This document shows, piece after piece, positions 1 to 10,811 of a stretch of DNA of 64,000 bases. The notes under the pieces were generated by a model. It ran no database searches. It saw only the letters and a list, made by a program, of their open reading frames with translations, and was not told where the DNA came from. Position numbers and translations under genes: made by a program. This DNA comes from Paraphysomonas bandaiensis (Eukaryota > Protista > Chrysophyceae), in contig CBFFRP010000645.1 in the NCBI GenBank assembly GCA_965644295.1, positions 124,001 to 188,000 of the forward strand. Direction: 5' to 3'. Each line of letters opens with the position of its first letter. The stretch's first letter is position 1.

Positions 1-2055
1 TCGCTCCTCTACTGCATTCATTTCCGGACTATCTGTTGAAGACCAAGTATGTTTGTAGCAGCCTTGTGATCTCAAATAGCTCCTAAGTTCTTGATTTATG
101 AGTTCTCCAGCTCCATCAGCGTGGTAGTGATCCACTCTCAGCTTATATTGCCTAATCTCTCCTTCGAACACCTCTCTAAAAAACTGAATCACTTCTTCTT
201 TAGTACGCTGGTTTACGCCTTTTACCCAGAACATCCTACTCGGGTGATGAGTTAGTTTGATCACGTAGCGCTCATCACCTCGAGCGGGAGTATTCAGAAA
301 TACTTGCACATCAGCCGATATGTCCGGCTTGACATCCGTATCCTCCTTTGTGTGAAACGAAACTCTCGTAATCTTTGATCTGGCACATATGCTACAGAGA
401 CAAGATTTTTTTAATGCAGTCTTCGATAGGTGCTTCCTCTGCAGATTTGAGCCAGTGAACAACATCCTTCTATGTGCCTCCGTTAGAGCCCCTTTGTTGA
501 AATGGCCCATTCTCCTATGCAGCAGTTCCAGCTCGTCCTCACCAGTCCTATCGCTAAGATTTACTTCACAATTACTCGGTGTAGACACATCTGGAAGCTC
601 CAACAGCTGCTGAGTTGGAACTGCAGTCATTCCATTCTTCATGGGTCCCTCCAGTACCAGCTCACCGGTATTACAGTCATAAATTTGGATCCCATACCAC
701 ACCGTGAATCGATAGCCCATTTCGTTCAGCTTACGTCCGGAGCACAGGCATCGATTGATCTGATCTGAAATTTCTATGTCTCTCCATGCTCCACGGGAAC
801 CCACACTTGTGATATGAATCTCTGATCCCTTCTTAGATCCGTTTATCACCTTTGATGTATTCATATGAGTGTCAAGCATGGTCACATCATTCATCAAGAA
901 CATTGATGATGAACAGCATGTATCTATGTATGTATAGTGTTCAGCAGTACCAATCATACAACATGTGTCACTTTTATCATATATATCAACAGCGCAGTCA
1001 TAAAGCATATTCGCTTCGGACTCCGAGTCAGACTCGGTTCCTCCTCTGCGGATATTCTCGAATGTGAAAACCTTCCCAGATTTCTGGGGTTTCTTGGTCT
1101 TTCCAGTCGAATTTCGGGGACATTCGTTCGCGCGATGGTTTTTGGATTTGCATACTCTGCATCCTGTATATTCCTTACTGCCCGGTCTTTGTCCCTTCGT
1201 TTCCCCCTTTTTCTTCCTACATTGTTCTGTATTATGATTGTGTATTATACCTTTCTTCGAGCAATAAGTGCACTTCCTCTTTGTAGATACTCTCTCTTTC
1301 TTTCGAGGCTTTTCAATATGATTCAGCTCCTCCGTGCTCTTGCGCTTCTTCTCTATGATTTTCCTCCCATACTTGGTGTCGTCGAACTGTTCGATACGTT
1401 TGGATAGCAATTCATATGGTACATCATCGGGCATTAAATACAGGGCATAATTCAAACCGTCATATTCATCACTGATAATTCCCTCCTTCAGCCTACTAAT
1501 TTTTGATTCTTCCGTTACCGTTTGGTTATGCGCCTGAAGTTCACGAAGAAGCAGCTCAAAACGCAGTACATACTCTTTCGCGGTCTCCCCTGGCTTCATC
1601 TCGAATGATCCAAACTGAGCAAGCAGAGCACTAATCTTGTTTTGTGTTCCCCCTTCAAAACACGATTTAAGAGTGCTAACCATCTCTCTGGCGCTGAACT
1701 TATTAACTCTTCCTTCAGCTGCCTTGAACTCCTTGTGCTTCAGATGAAACTTCTGCAGCGCCTTCGGAGATCGCTTCACCGCCTCTCTGCAGTATGAGTA
1801 GGCAATTGCATTCGCCTTCCAATACTTGTCCACCGCTTCTTTGTAGGACTTGGTCTCAAGACTATTCAGGGGTTGAATTCCGAAATCCTCTTCCTCTGGT
1901 GGCCTTTCTAGAGCCACCTCACTCTGCTCCTTTCTCATAAGGAACGTCTCAAAGTCTTCGATCCATTGTTCAACGTTGCTCTCGTCGAACCATGGAACAT
2001 CAGCTCTATCCTCCTTCTCTCCTCCGCATTCGCTACCATATTGACTAAAGACCAT
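1..2055 (-). CDS. Ty1/copia Gag-Pol polyprotein, 5' part (gag, protease, GAG-pre-integrase, integrase core); continues beyond window start
   Basis: Hand translation from ATG 2055 (MVFSQYGSECGGEKEDRADVPWFDESNVEQW...) stays open to the window edge, which is why the ORF track omits it. It contains the zinc knuckle CRVCKSKNHRANEC, protease-like YIDTCCS, LLHRRMGH...CSIC and integrase core (DVQVF, HADGAGE). Protease-integrase order is copia-type. Confidence 0.9.
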   Translation of the reverse strand, partial: MVFSQYGSECGGEKEDRADVPWFDESNVEQWIEDFETFLMRKEQSEVALERPPEEEDFGIQPLNSLETKSYKEAVDKYWKANAIAYSYCREAVKRSPKALQKFHLKHKEFKAAEGRVNKFSAREMVSTLKSCFEGGTQNKISALLAQFGSFEMKPGETAKEYVLRFELLLRELQAHNQTVTEESKISRLKEGIISDEYDGLNYALYLMPDDVPYELLSKRIEQFDDTKYGRKIIEKKRKSTEELNHIEKPRKKERVSTKRKCTYCSKKGIIHNHNTEQCRKKKGETKGQRPGSKEYTGCRVCKSKNHRANECPRNSTGKTKKPQKSGKVFTFENIRRGGTESDSESEANMLYDCAVDIYDKSDTCCMIGTAEHYTYIDTCCSSSMFLMNDVTMLDTHMNTSKVINGSKKGSEIHITSVGSRGAWRDIEISDQINRCLCSGRKLNEMGYRFTVWYGIQIYDCNTGELVLEGPMKNGMTAVPTQQLLELPDVSTPSNCEVNLSDRTGEDELELLHRRMGHFNKGALTEAHRRMLFTGSNLQRKHLSKTALKKSCLCSICARSKITRVSFHTKEDTDVKPDISADVQVFLNTPARGDERYVIKLTHHPSRMFWVKGVNQRTKEEVIQFFREVFEGEIRQYKLRVDHYHADGAGELINQELRSYLRSQGCYKHTWSSTDSPEMNAVEER

Positions 2056-2358
2056 TTTCAGATGATTAAGATCGTTGTAAGAGAAGTTTAAGTTAGTCAA
2101 ACTAGATAGATTACTTTATTATAATTGTATACACAATTGTGTGTGTTGTCATGTAACACATGTCAACAACATGATAAATTATTTCGTTCATGTTAACCAC
2201 TGCTCAACTTCCGTATCTTGAATCGTCATGATATAATACTTCAGTTTCACAGTTATAGCTATATAGCACCTTTGACTATTGACTACGTATTACTGTTTTT
2301 CACATTGTATTTAACGTATTCTACAGTACTATCTTAGAGAACCATACGTATTCCAACA
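2039..2358 (-). mobile_element. 5' LTR of the copia element, followed by PBS-like TGGTAGCGA (2038-2030)
   Basis: Minus strand starts TGTTGGAA at 2358 and ends TCAATA at 2039, directly followed by TGG. Clear similarity to 7350-7601. Confidence 0.65.
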
Positions 2359-3467
2359 GAATGGAGACAGCGTGTAAGAATATAATATTGCTTCCCCATT
2401 CCGACAGTGTGGTCATAGTATAGGCACACTGATAAACTACGTATAACTTAAGATTTTGCGCTGATTCTAAACAGCCAGACATCCGCCCACTCGTCTATAC
2501 CCAACTCTCAGACCACACACCTAGCACTCGGTACATTCAGGACCTTCCTACAGAACCCGGTACCACCACAAAGCCCTGTGGAGTCATCCCAAGGGGAGAC
2601 CCCCTGATAACACGCGCCAGTGAGTCCTAGGACACACGATCACGGCGAAACACACAGTCAACATAAAGAACGGAATTGGTCGCACCTTGGTGCTTGCGGC
2701 GACGCACACGCAGCTTCTGTGCTTCTGTAGCGATAAAAAGTAGGATAATAGAGTTTGTGCTGATTAGTTATGGATAGTGGTCTAAATAGTCTGTCTATCA
2801 TTCAACTAGCCACTACATTGGTGCAGACTTTCAATAATAATCTTGGCTGACAATATAGATCGCGCAGATTTAGGGAGAGTCACCTTACAGCTCCATCCGT
2901 GTTTCGTGTTTGCCTTCACATAAATTAACAATGTAATACTTATGTATGTAATTCTAGCAAGACTATATGCACCATTCCATTCCCTAACAAATATTATGCG
3001 GAGCTTCTCGTGACAATGCATGAGTCAGGACTCAGTATTGGCCTAGCATGACATTGGCTATTGGCTGAGCTCCCTCTTCCCCCTGAATCCGTGCGATTTC
3101 TTGTAATCATGTATGGCCTATGCAAGTATGCATAGTGTAAATCTAGCTGGGGCTTGCTTATATCAGCACACAAAAGATAGGCCAGGATTTTAATAAAAGA
3201 GTATGCATTGCTTAGGTTAATCAACATTCGTAATTTACTAAGGCACGGCCCCAGAATGGGGCAATTGCAATTACATAGAACATATTATCACTTGTGCAAG
3301 CTGTAGGTATACCTTTCAGGTAACTTTTACACAGCAGAATACGATATCATTAATGATAAAAACAAGGTATACAATGACCTTCAAAGGGCCACATGCAGCA
3401 AAAGTCAATTCAAGACACGCTAATAGGAGTCAACACAACAAAATATATTTCCACATATCCTTAATAG

Positions 3468-5135
3468 TCAGTCTTCACTCTGCGACGACTGCAACTGAAG
3501 CTCTCCCCTCTGTTTCTTATTACTTTTGCTTCCTGTACTCTTGTGATCCTTGCTACTTGGCGTCAGTACTTCGGTGCACTTCCACGAACCCGCGCCCAAA
3601 CTAGGCCGACAAGCGTCCAAACCAAGTTCCAGTACTTTTGACATACCACTTTGAGATTCGGTGGCCTTGATTGTCTGCAGGGCACACAAAGTAGCTCGGT
3701 CGCATATGCTTGCGACAGGTATGCCATCCCGCCTGTATGGCATCTGTAAACACCGGGCCGCTTGAAACATGCCCAGGAAAAAGAGACATATGAAGAGCAC
3801 CACCGCCGCCCCATACACCTCGAAAGAAAATGAGACCCATCCAAGGTGCTTTGGGCCTGCTTTCCCAACTGCGTAGGTAAATACTGGAAGGCAGATACAT
3901 GTTAACAAATAGCAGCCGTGGGTGAGTATATGTGGAAGTTGGGTGTCGGGCGTATGAATTTTTTGAAGTAGTTGGAAGTAATTCTGGGTCGAACTTAGCA
4001 AAGAAGTTGCACTAGCCACGCCGAACTTCCTCGTCTTCCTACATTGCTGAATCACATCCCCCACCCAGGCGGATAAAATCGTCAGTAGAGTGTTGTCAGT
4101 GGCTGGACTGTCCAGAGCCATCAGTGCACCGAATTCCTCTTCACCTAGTAGCGCATATCTGGCTACAGCAGGTGCAAAGAAGGAGTTTGTTTTGTATACT
4201 GAACCAGTCCCATTGAAAGAGGCATACAAAGCGGCTATTAATAGTCGTGCAACATGTAATGCATCTGTTTGCGACAGAAAGTATCGACATGACACGCAAG
4301 TTGTATGAAGGGATCTCACTGCATCACCACAAAGAGTTGTAATAGAAACATAGATCTGATAAGCACATAACAGATGCAACAATAGTAAACCCCCACATAT
4401 AACAGTAATAACAGCTGCAGATATAAGATACTCATCAGAAGATTGCAGAAAATCTAATAGAATACATAACCGTATAGCAGCGTACATACATATACATACT
4501 ATATACATTGGATCCTCATATATATATCCTAATAAACTCCCTTGTATAGATAATAAGAGTGATATACCATCTAATGATAGAGGCACATGTCTTGTATATG
4601 ACATTGATGTTATAGATTCATATGGTAATGCATCACCCCATTGAAAATTAGATGTTTGATATTTTGGTATATGAAAATGAATGAATTCATCTTTTTTATA
4701 ATCTTCTGTATCATCAGTTTCATTATCTGATATGATTTTATCATGTAATGAATTTGTTAATGTATATGTCTCCTTAAGATACCCTTCATCTTCATCCACA
4801 TCCTCATCCTCGTATGTAGAATCTGATGGACGTATGAGTGTATAATAACGTGATGAACTTCCAAATTTAATACAATCATTATAATGCAATCTGGTGGTGC
4901 TAGTGATGGGAGACCATTGATTTGATGTACGAATATATGTCCCTTTACGTGAATTTAAATCAGTTAGTAGTATATGAAGGGTGTTGGTTGTTGTGATAGT
5001 AGTCTGTATACGTGCATGTTGTTTAGATACTGAAGTACAGTGTGGGATAATATCACATGAGGGATATCTTCCTATAAGTGTTTCACCAGGAATATGAAGG
5101 GAGAATGTTTGATTTGTTTTTGAGTCACGTAACAT
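3468..5135 (-). CDS. FHA-domain protein with C-terminal bestrophin-like transmembrane region
   Basis: Likely start M40 of the ORF (MLRDSK). FHA motifs IGR, SVSKQHA, DLNSRKGT, LHYNDCIKFG. The C-terminal half has about 4 hydrophobic segments and a LPVFTY...FFLGMFQAARCLQMPY pattern resembling bestrophin/UPF0187 proteins. Confidence 0.7.
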   Translation of the reverse strand: MLRDSKTNQTFSLHIPGETLIGRYPSCDIIPHCTSVSKQHARIQTTITTTNTLHILLTDLNSRKGTYIRTSNQWSPITSTTRLHYNDCIKFGSSSRYYTLIRPSDSTYEDEDVDEDEGYLKETYTLTNSLHDKIISDNETDDTEDYKKDEFIHFHIPKYQTSNFQWGDALPYESITSMSYTRHVPLSLDGISLLLSIQGSLLGYIYEDPMYIVCICMYAAIRLCILLDFLQSSDEYLISAAVITVICGGLLLLHLLCAYQIYVSITTLCGDAVRSLHTTCVSCRYFLSQTDALHVARLLIAALYASFNGTGSVYKTNSFFAPAVARYALLGEEEFGALMALDSPATDNTLLTILSAWVGDVIQQCRKTRKFGVASATSLLSSTQNYFQLLQKIHTPDTQLPHILTHGCYLLTCICLPVFTYAVGKAGPKHLGWVSFSFEVYGAAVVLFICLFFLGMFQAARCLQMPYRRDGIPVASICDRATLCALQTIKATESQSGMSKVLELGLDACRPSLGAGSWKCTEVLTPSSKDHKSTGSKSNKKQRGELQLQSSQSED

Positions 5136-5334
5136 GATTAGATAGATAGAGAGATAGATAGATACCTCTATATGTATATATACAGATAGATAGATATACA
5201 TACATATATATGAGAGTGAAGGAGCTCGGAGGTTATATACACATACATACACTCATGTACATACCATACTACTCTGTATATATAACACAGTCATTCAACA
5301 GTCATCAGAGAATACCATCAGAATACACTGTATA

Positions 5335-5458
5335 CATACATACATACACCTACATACATACATACATACATACATACATACATACATACATACATACATA
5401 CATACATACATACATACATACATACATACATACATACATACATACATACATACATACA

Positions 5459-5490
<32 letters not shown>

Positions 5491-6789
5491 CATACATACA
5501 TACATACATACATACATACATACATACATACATACATACATACATACATACATACATACATACATACATACATACATACATACATACATACATACATACA
5601 TACATACATACATACATACATACATACATACATACATACATACATACATACATACATACATACATACATACATACATACATACATACATACATACATACA
5701 TACATACATACATACATACATACATACATACATACATACATACATACATACATACATACATACATACATACATACATACATACATACATACATACATACA
5801 TACATACATACATACATACATACATACATACATACATACATACATACATACATACATACATACATACATACATACATACATACATACATACATACATACA
5901 TACATACATACATACATACATACATACATACATACATACATACATACATACATACATACATACATACATACATACATACATACATACATACATACATACA
6001 TACATACATACATACATACATACATACATACATACATACATACATACATACATACATACATACATACATACATACATACATACATACATACATACATACA
6101 TACATACATACATACATACATACATACATACATACATACATACATACATACATACATACATACATACATACATACATACATACATACATACATACATACA
6201 TACATACATACATACATACATACATACATACATACATACATTCATACATACATACATACATACATACATACATACATACATACATACATACATACATACA
6301 TACATACATACATACATACATACATACATACATACATACATACATACATACATACATACGACACATGCATACATACATACGTACATACATACATACATAC
6401 ATACATACATACATACATACATACATACATACATACATACATACATACATACATACATACATACATACATACATACATACATACATACATACATACATAC
6501 ATACATACATACATACATACATACATACATACATACATACATGCATACATACATACATACATACATACATACATACATACGTACATACATACATACATAC
6601 ATACATACATACATACATACATACATACATACATACATACATACATACATACATACATACATACATACATACATACATACATACATACATACATACATAC
6701 ATACATACCTACATACATACATACATACATACATACATACATACATACATACATACATACATACATACATACATACATACATACATACA
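5335..6789. repeat. (TACA)n microsatellite, about 1.45 kb
   Basis: Directly visible near-perfect tetranucleotide array. Confidence 0.99.
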
Positions 6790-7349
6790 AACTGCTGTGG
6801 ATAATGGCATCAGTTTCGATTGAATAAACATACAACTGGTGGTTGTGACGATACCGCGTGTGTTGCAGTGTTGGGAAGTGTGTGTGTGCAATATGCTTCT
6901 CTATAGTGTTACTTCTATTTAAGCTTGTAAGTAGCGCACGGTGGCTCATCGCAGTGTCCATCTACTGTGCTTTAATGTACCGCTAGTACCTAAAGTTCAC
7001 TGGCATTAAGTGCTTTGTTTGTATGAAGGGGTTGGAATGAGACATACGCATGATCGATATAGCCAGTCTATAGGAAGAGTTTAACTACAGGGATGTTATT
7101 TATCTATGCACAGATATATCTTTTCGATGGAATCGACAGATTCCTCTACTGATATATAGATATATACGGTGATATGAAGCGGTCAGAGGAGTATAAGGTT
7201 GTATTCTCTTTGTCATATCATAAGATTCTGCAATTGTGTGCTCACAATATGCTAGAACACCCTTAAGGTAGCGGCGGAAAGAATGCACTGGCAGTATAAG
7301 TCAATCAAGGACAGTGTACAGATATTATGTATCCGCATTTTGAAAATTT

Positions 7350-7601
7350 TGTTGGTTTAGATTGTTAAAGAAAAATGTCGTTAGACTAGATAGATACGAT
7401 TACATTGCATACATAATTGTGCGTTGTGATAGAAGATATATCAACAACATAATTGTATGTATCTTTCGTGTCAACCGCTGATCTACTTCCGTATCTTGAT
7501 AATTCACGATACCTTAGTTTTACAGGTATAGCTACGTATTACAGTTTTTCACATTGACGTTTTCTACAGTTCAATCTTTGAGAAACTTACGTATTCCAAT
7601 A
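7350..7601 (-). mobile_element. Diverged solo LTR related to the copia LTR at 2039-2358
   Basis: Shares collinear blocks actagataga, tcaacaacat, acttccgtatcttga, ctacgtattac, tttttcacattg, tacgtattccaa. Termini TGTTGG...CCAATA. No TSD seen. Confidence 0.7.
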
Positions 7602-8107
7602 TGACTAGTGCTAAATAAGGTATCTACACAAGTCTTTAATTGCTGAATAACGATACTAAAATATGGTTACCACACCTATAGTCTATAATAGGGTATAAGG
7701 TATTATAAGGGTAACAACAGAGTTTGAGCGTTGAATACACAGTTCCTTATGCAACATCATTACTTTCATTATAATGTTATGCACAGCTACGACATAGATA
7801 CACTTACGCAACGACAGACTTTAAATACTAAATATCATGTTCAATTACTGTACTGCTGGAGCTCTCATTACTCTGTAAATAATACAACTAGCTAGGACTA
7901 AGTAATATTATAGTATGTGCGTACGACACGTGTCCCATTACATACGCCATAAGATTTTTTAGACGACTGTAAATAAATGAACGAGCATTGGCCAGAAATA
8001 AAGTTTTACTCAACGCTTGAGATTAAATTATTAATTCACCACTGCGGTGATCAATTATCAATGGCTAGCCGCATGTTGAAGCTACCAGTTGAGTGCATAC
8101 AGCTGAC

Positions 8108-8785
8108 TTAATTGATGGTAACCTTGATCATCTTGACGGGGGTAATGGGGTTGTCCTGACGGGTGGGGGTTCTGTTGATATTCATGATGACATCCTGTCC
8201 ATCAATGATGCGTCCGAACACAGGGTGCTGAGAAGGAGTAGACTTATCAAAGAAGTCAAGGAAGCTGTTGTGTACGGTGTTGATGAAGAACTGAGATCCA
8301 CCGGAGTTGGGCTGACCAGTGTTAGCCATGGAGAGAGTCATAGGCTCATTGCTGAGTCTTGGGCATCCAGGGTTTCTGAACTCATCCTCGATGCATCCCT
8401 CCCTATTTCTGGTCTTAGTACCAACACCAGGAACCTCATAAGTAGTACCAGGATTGGGTCCACCAGTACCAGCACGTCTAGAAGAAGGATCACGTGAATG
8501 AGGGCATCCAAATTGATTCATAAAATTAGGGATCACACGATGAAAATGAAGTCCATCATAGAAACCTATCAAATAGATCATCAGATAATATGATTGGATA
8601 AGATTAAAAGAGAGATATACTTACCAGATCTTGCAAGATCAATGAAATTGTATGCAGTAATGGGCATTTGCTCAGTAAAGAGCTCAATAGTAAAGTTGCC
8701 TATAGAAAAAACAGATGAATTCAAGTAATAATGCAAGATTATACATACCCATACTAGTTTCACAAGTAGCAGTAACGTTTGGCAT
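8108..8785 (-). CDS. Cyclophilin-type peptidyl-prolyl cis-trans isomerase (3 exons: 8785-8749, 8699-8625, 8565-8108)
   Basis: Spliced product [57 protein letters not shown]...[19 protein letters not shown]...[12 protein letters not shown] introns restore the frame. Confidence 0.95.
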
Positions 8786-9409
8786 GATTTTAAAGTTTAT
8801 TTAAAGATTGTTTAGTGCAATAATATGAACTATGAGTTGTGTTAATGTATGTATGTATGCAAAGAACAGTACAATGAAGGTGTCATGCAACTCAGATTCA
8901 GATTCCCTTAGATGAATCGTATCTTGAAGGGATGAATAGTTTTCATTTTTGATATTTGATATACTGCAGAGTACTACAGTGCAGAAGTATGTTTAAAATA
9001 GCCTTTCAAAAATACAAAACCCAGGCTTTTTTACCTAAATACCATACAGTATATATAGAATATACACAGCAGTACTGTATACACTATCGTATATACACAC
9101 AGTGAGAAAGTGTATATGATATCTAGATATAGTATACCCTACCCTGTCAACGCATGCTATGTACTCTGTGTATTATAGGTACTGCTATACGCTGGCTGGC
9201 TGTATACGCACTTATATGGGGAGTGTATATACAGTGTACAGCAAGCATAAAGCACAGCACACCATACAGCAGTACCTATACAGTACATGTATACAGTATA
9301 TAGCACACGTACAGCAGTACATATCACTCCTACATATACATACATACACACTCCCTCCCCATATATAACATCAGCATATACCCATATATCCATATATACC
9401 AACATACAC

Positions 9410-10186
9410 ATGACAAATAACATCAATAATGAAATCAATCAATATAATCATACTCTTTCTATATACAAATCAATAAAAAAAGAACGAGATGATCATCATC
9501 GTTCTATATCAGCCTTATTAGCTATCCACAATCCATATGCAACCCACTTACATATAAATACATATATATACACACCTGATGCATCAATTAATATACAAGT
9601 ACCTCAAGATACATTGTTAGGGGTTGGTGGTATTGTATGGTATAGTAGTGAAGTATTATCTGAGCTTATTAGAGTGTTATTAGATGGGTATATACATACA
9701 CAGTCTATTGTAGTGGAATTAGGATGTGGTGTAGCTCCTTTACCAGCTATAACAACTGCATGTTGTTTTCCATCGACTGTTTATGTGACAGATATGAATG
9801 AAATATTAAATTTAACTCAGCAAACTATTGAGAAAAATAATATCAAAGATAAGCTGATGGGTTCATTGATACTGGAACCTATCGACTGGAGAGACTCATC
9901 CTCGTCTATAGAATCTGCTGATGTAATTATAGCATCTGATATTTTATACTCGGAGCAATTGTATGAACCTTTGGTGTCAACAATTGATAGAATGTTTAAA
10001 ACTGATGGAGGCATTGTCTTGATGACATATCAACAAAGAAGTAAAGCATCTGAAGAGCAGTTCTTCCTTTCCCTGTCCCATATTGGTGTGCAGTGTGATA
10101 TTGTTGATAGTAGGGATATAGGTCCTTACACAATTATAACAATGATGGGAAAAAGGACTTCAGTTAGTGGTGGTATTTATCTGTAA
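9410..10186 (+). CDS. Seven-beta-strand protein lysine methyltransferase (METTL21/Methyltransf_16-like)
   Basis: GGIVWYSS, VVELGCGVA (motif I), VYVTD, IDW, DVIIASDILY. Start at MTNN assumed. Confidence 0.85.
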   Translation: MTNNINNEINQYNHTLSIYKSIKKERDDHHRSISALLAIHNPYATHLHINTYIYTPDASINIQVPQDTLLGVGGIVWYSSEVLSELIRVLLDGYIHTQSIVVELGCGVAPLPAITTACCFPSTVYVTDMNEILNLTQQTIEKNNIKDKLMGSLILEPIDWRDSSSSIESADVIIASDILYSEQLYEPLVSTIDRMFKTDGGIVLMTYQQRSKASEEQFFLSLSHIGVQCDIVDSRDIGPYTIITMMGKRTSVSGGIYL

Positions 10187-10811
10187 ATATAATCCGCTTC
10201 ATGCTTCTAATTCTAACTATTAAGAATAAAAAATATCTCTGCATCTTAAAATGAGTAGACTTTGGCGATTACATATGGATAAATAGAGAAAGTTGAGAAT
10301 CGAATTATCATATGGGGTTGTCTGGTTTTGGAGGTGTACCTTCTTCTCTGAAACTTATATCCCTCCCATTTATTTTTTATTCTCTTAAGCTATTACCGTA
10401 TCTTCCAGCAATACATTGGCTGTGCGCTGTGTACTCCATCCTCGGTATTGGGTTATAATCTATTCTATTCTCAGGTTGAGGTCATTCTTTATCTATAGAC
10501 GATAGCAATAAAACTTGACGAATTATATATAAACGTGCAATCTACGAGAGCTAGTTTCCAGGGTTGCGTATTAATAAATAGATTGTGTATATGTGCTCCA
10601 CCTTTTATTCAACAGGCTATTAATTTACAGCTCCCACTCTAACACAGGGGAGTTATCATTTTGTTATCTATCACTCGTCAGCCAATGACTCTATACTATA
10701 AATATGCCACTACACTGTGCATATACCAGATATAAAAATAAAATGAGAATTCCTCTATCGTTGTACTAACAATCAATGAGTATCGTGCTCTATATTATTC
10801 CTCTATACTCC

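Noticed and set aside
389-1407. Plus-strand ORFs at the window start
   Set aside because: Antisense shadows of the copia polyprotein.
3247-3280. GC hairpin gccccagaatggggc as a Helitron 3' end
   Set aside because: No clear CTRR terminus at the expected spacing and no other supporting feature.
5210-6961. Long YIHT/MYVC ORFs (also at 18.3-19.1 kb and 36.2-36.9 kb)
   Set aside because: Artefacts of the stop-free (TACA)n microsatellite.
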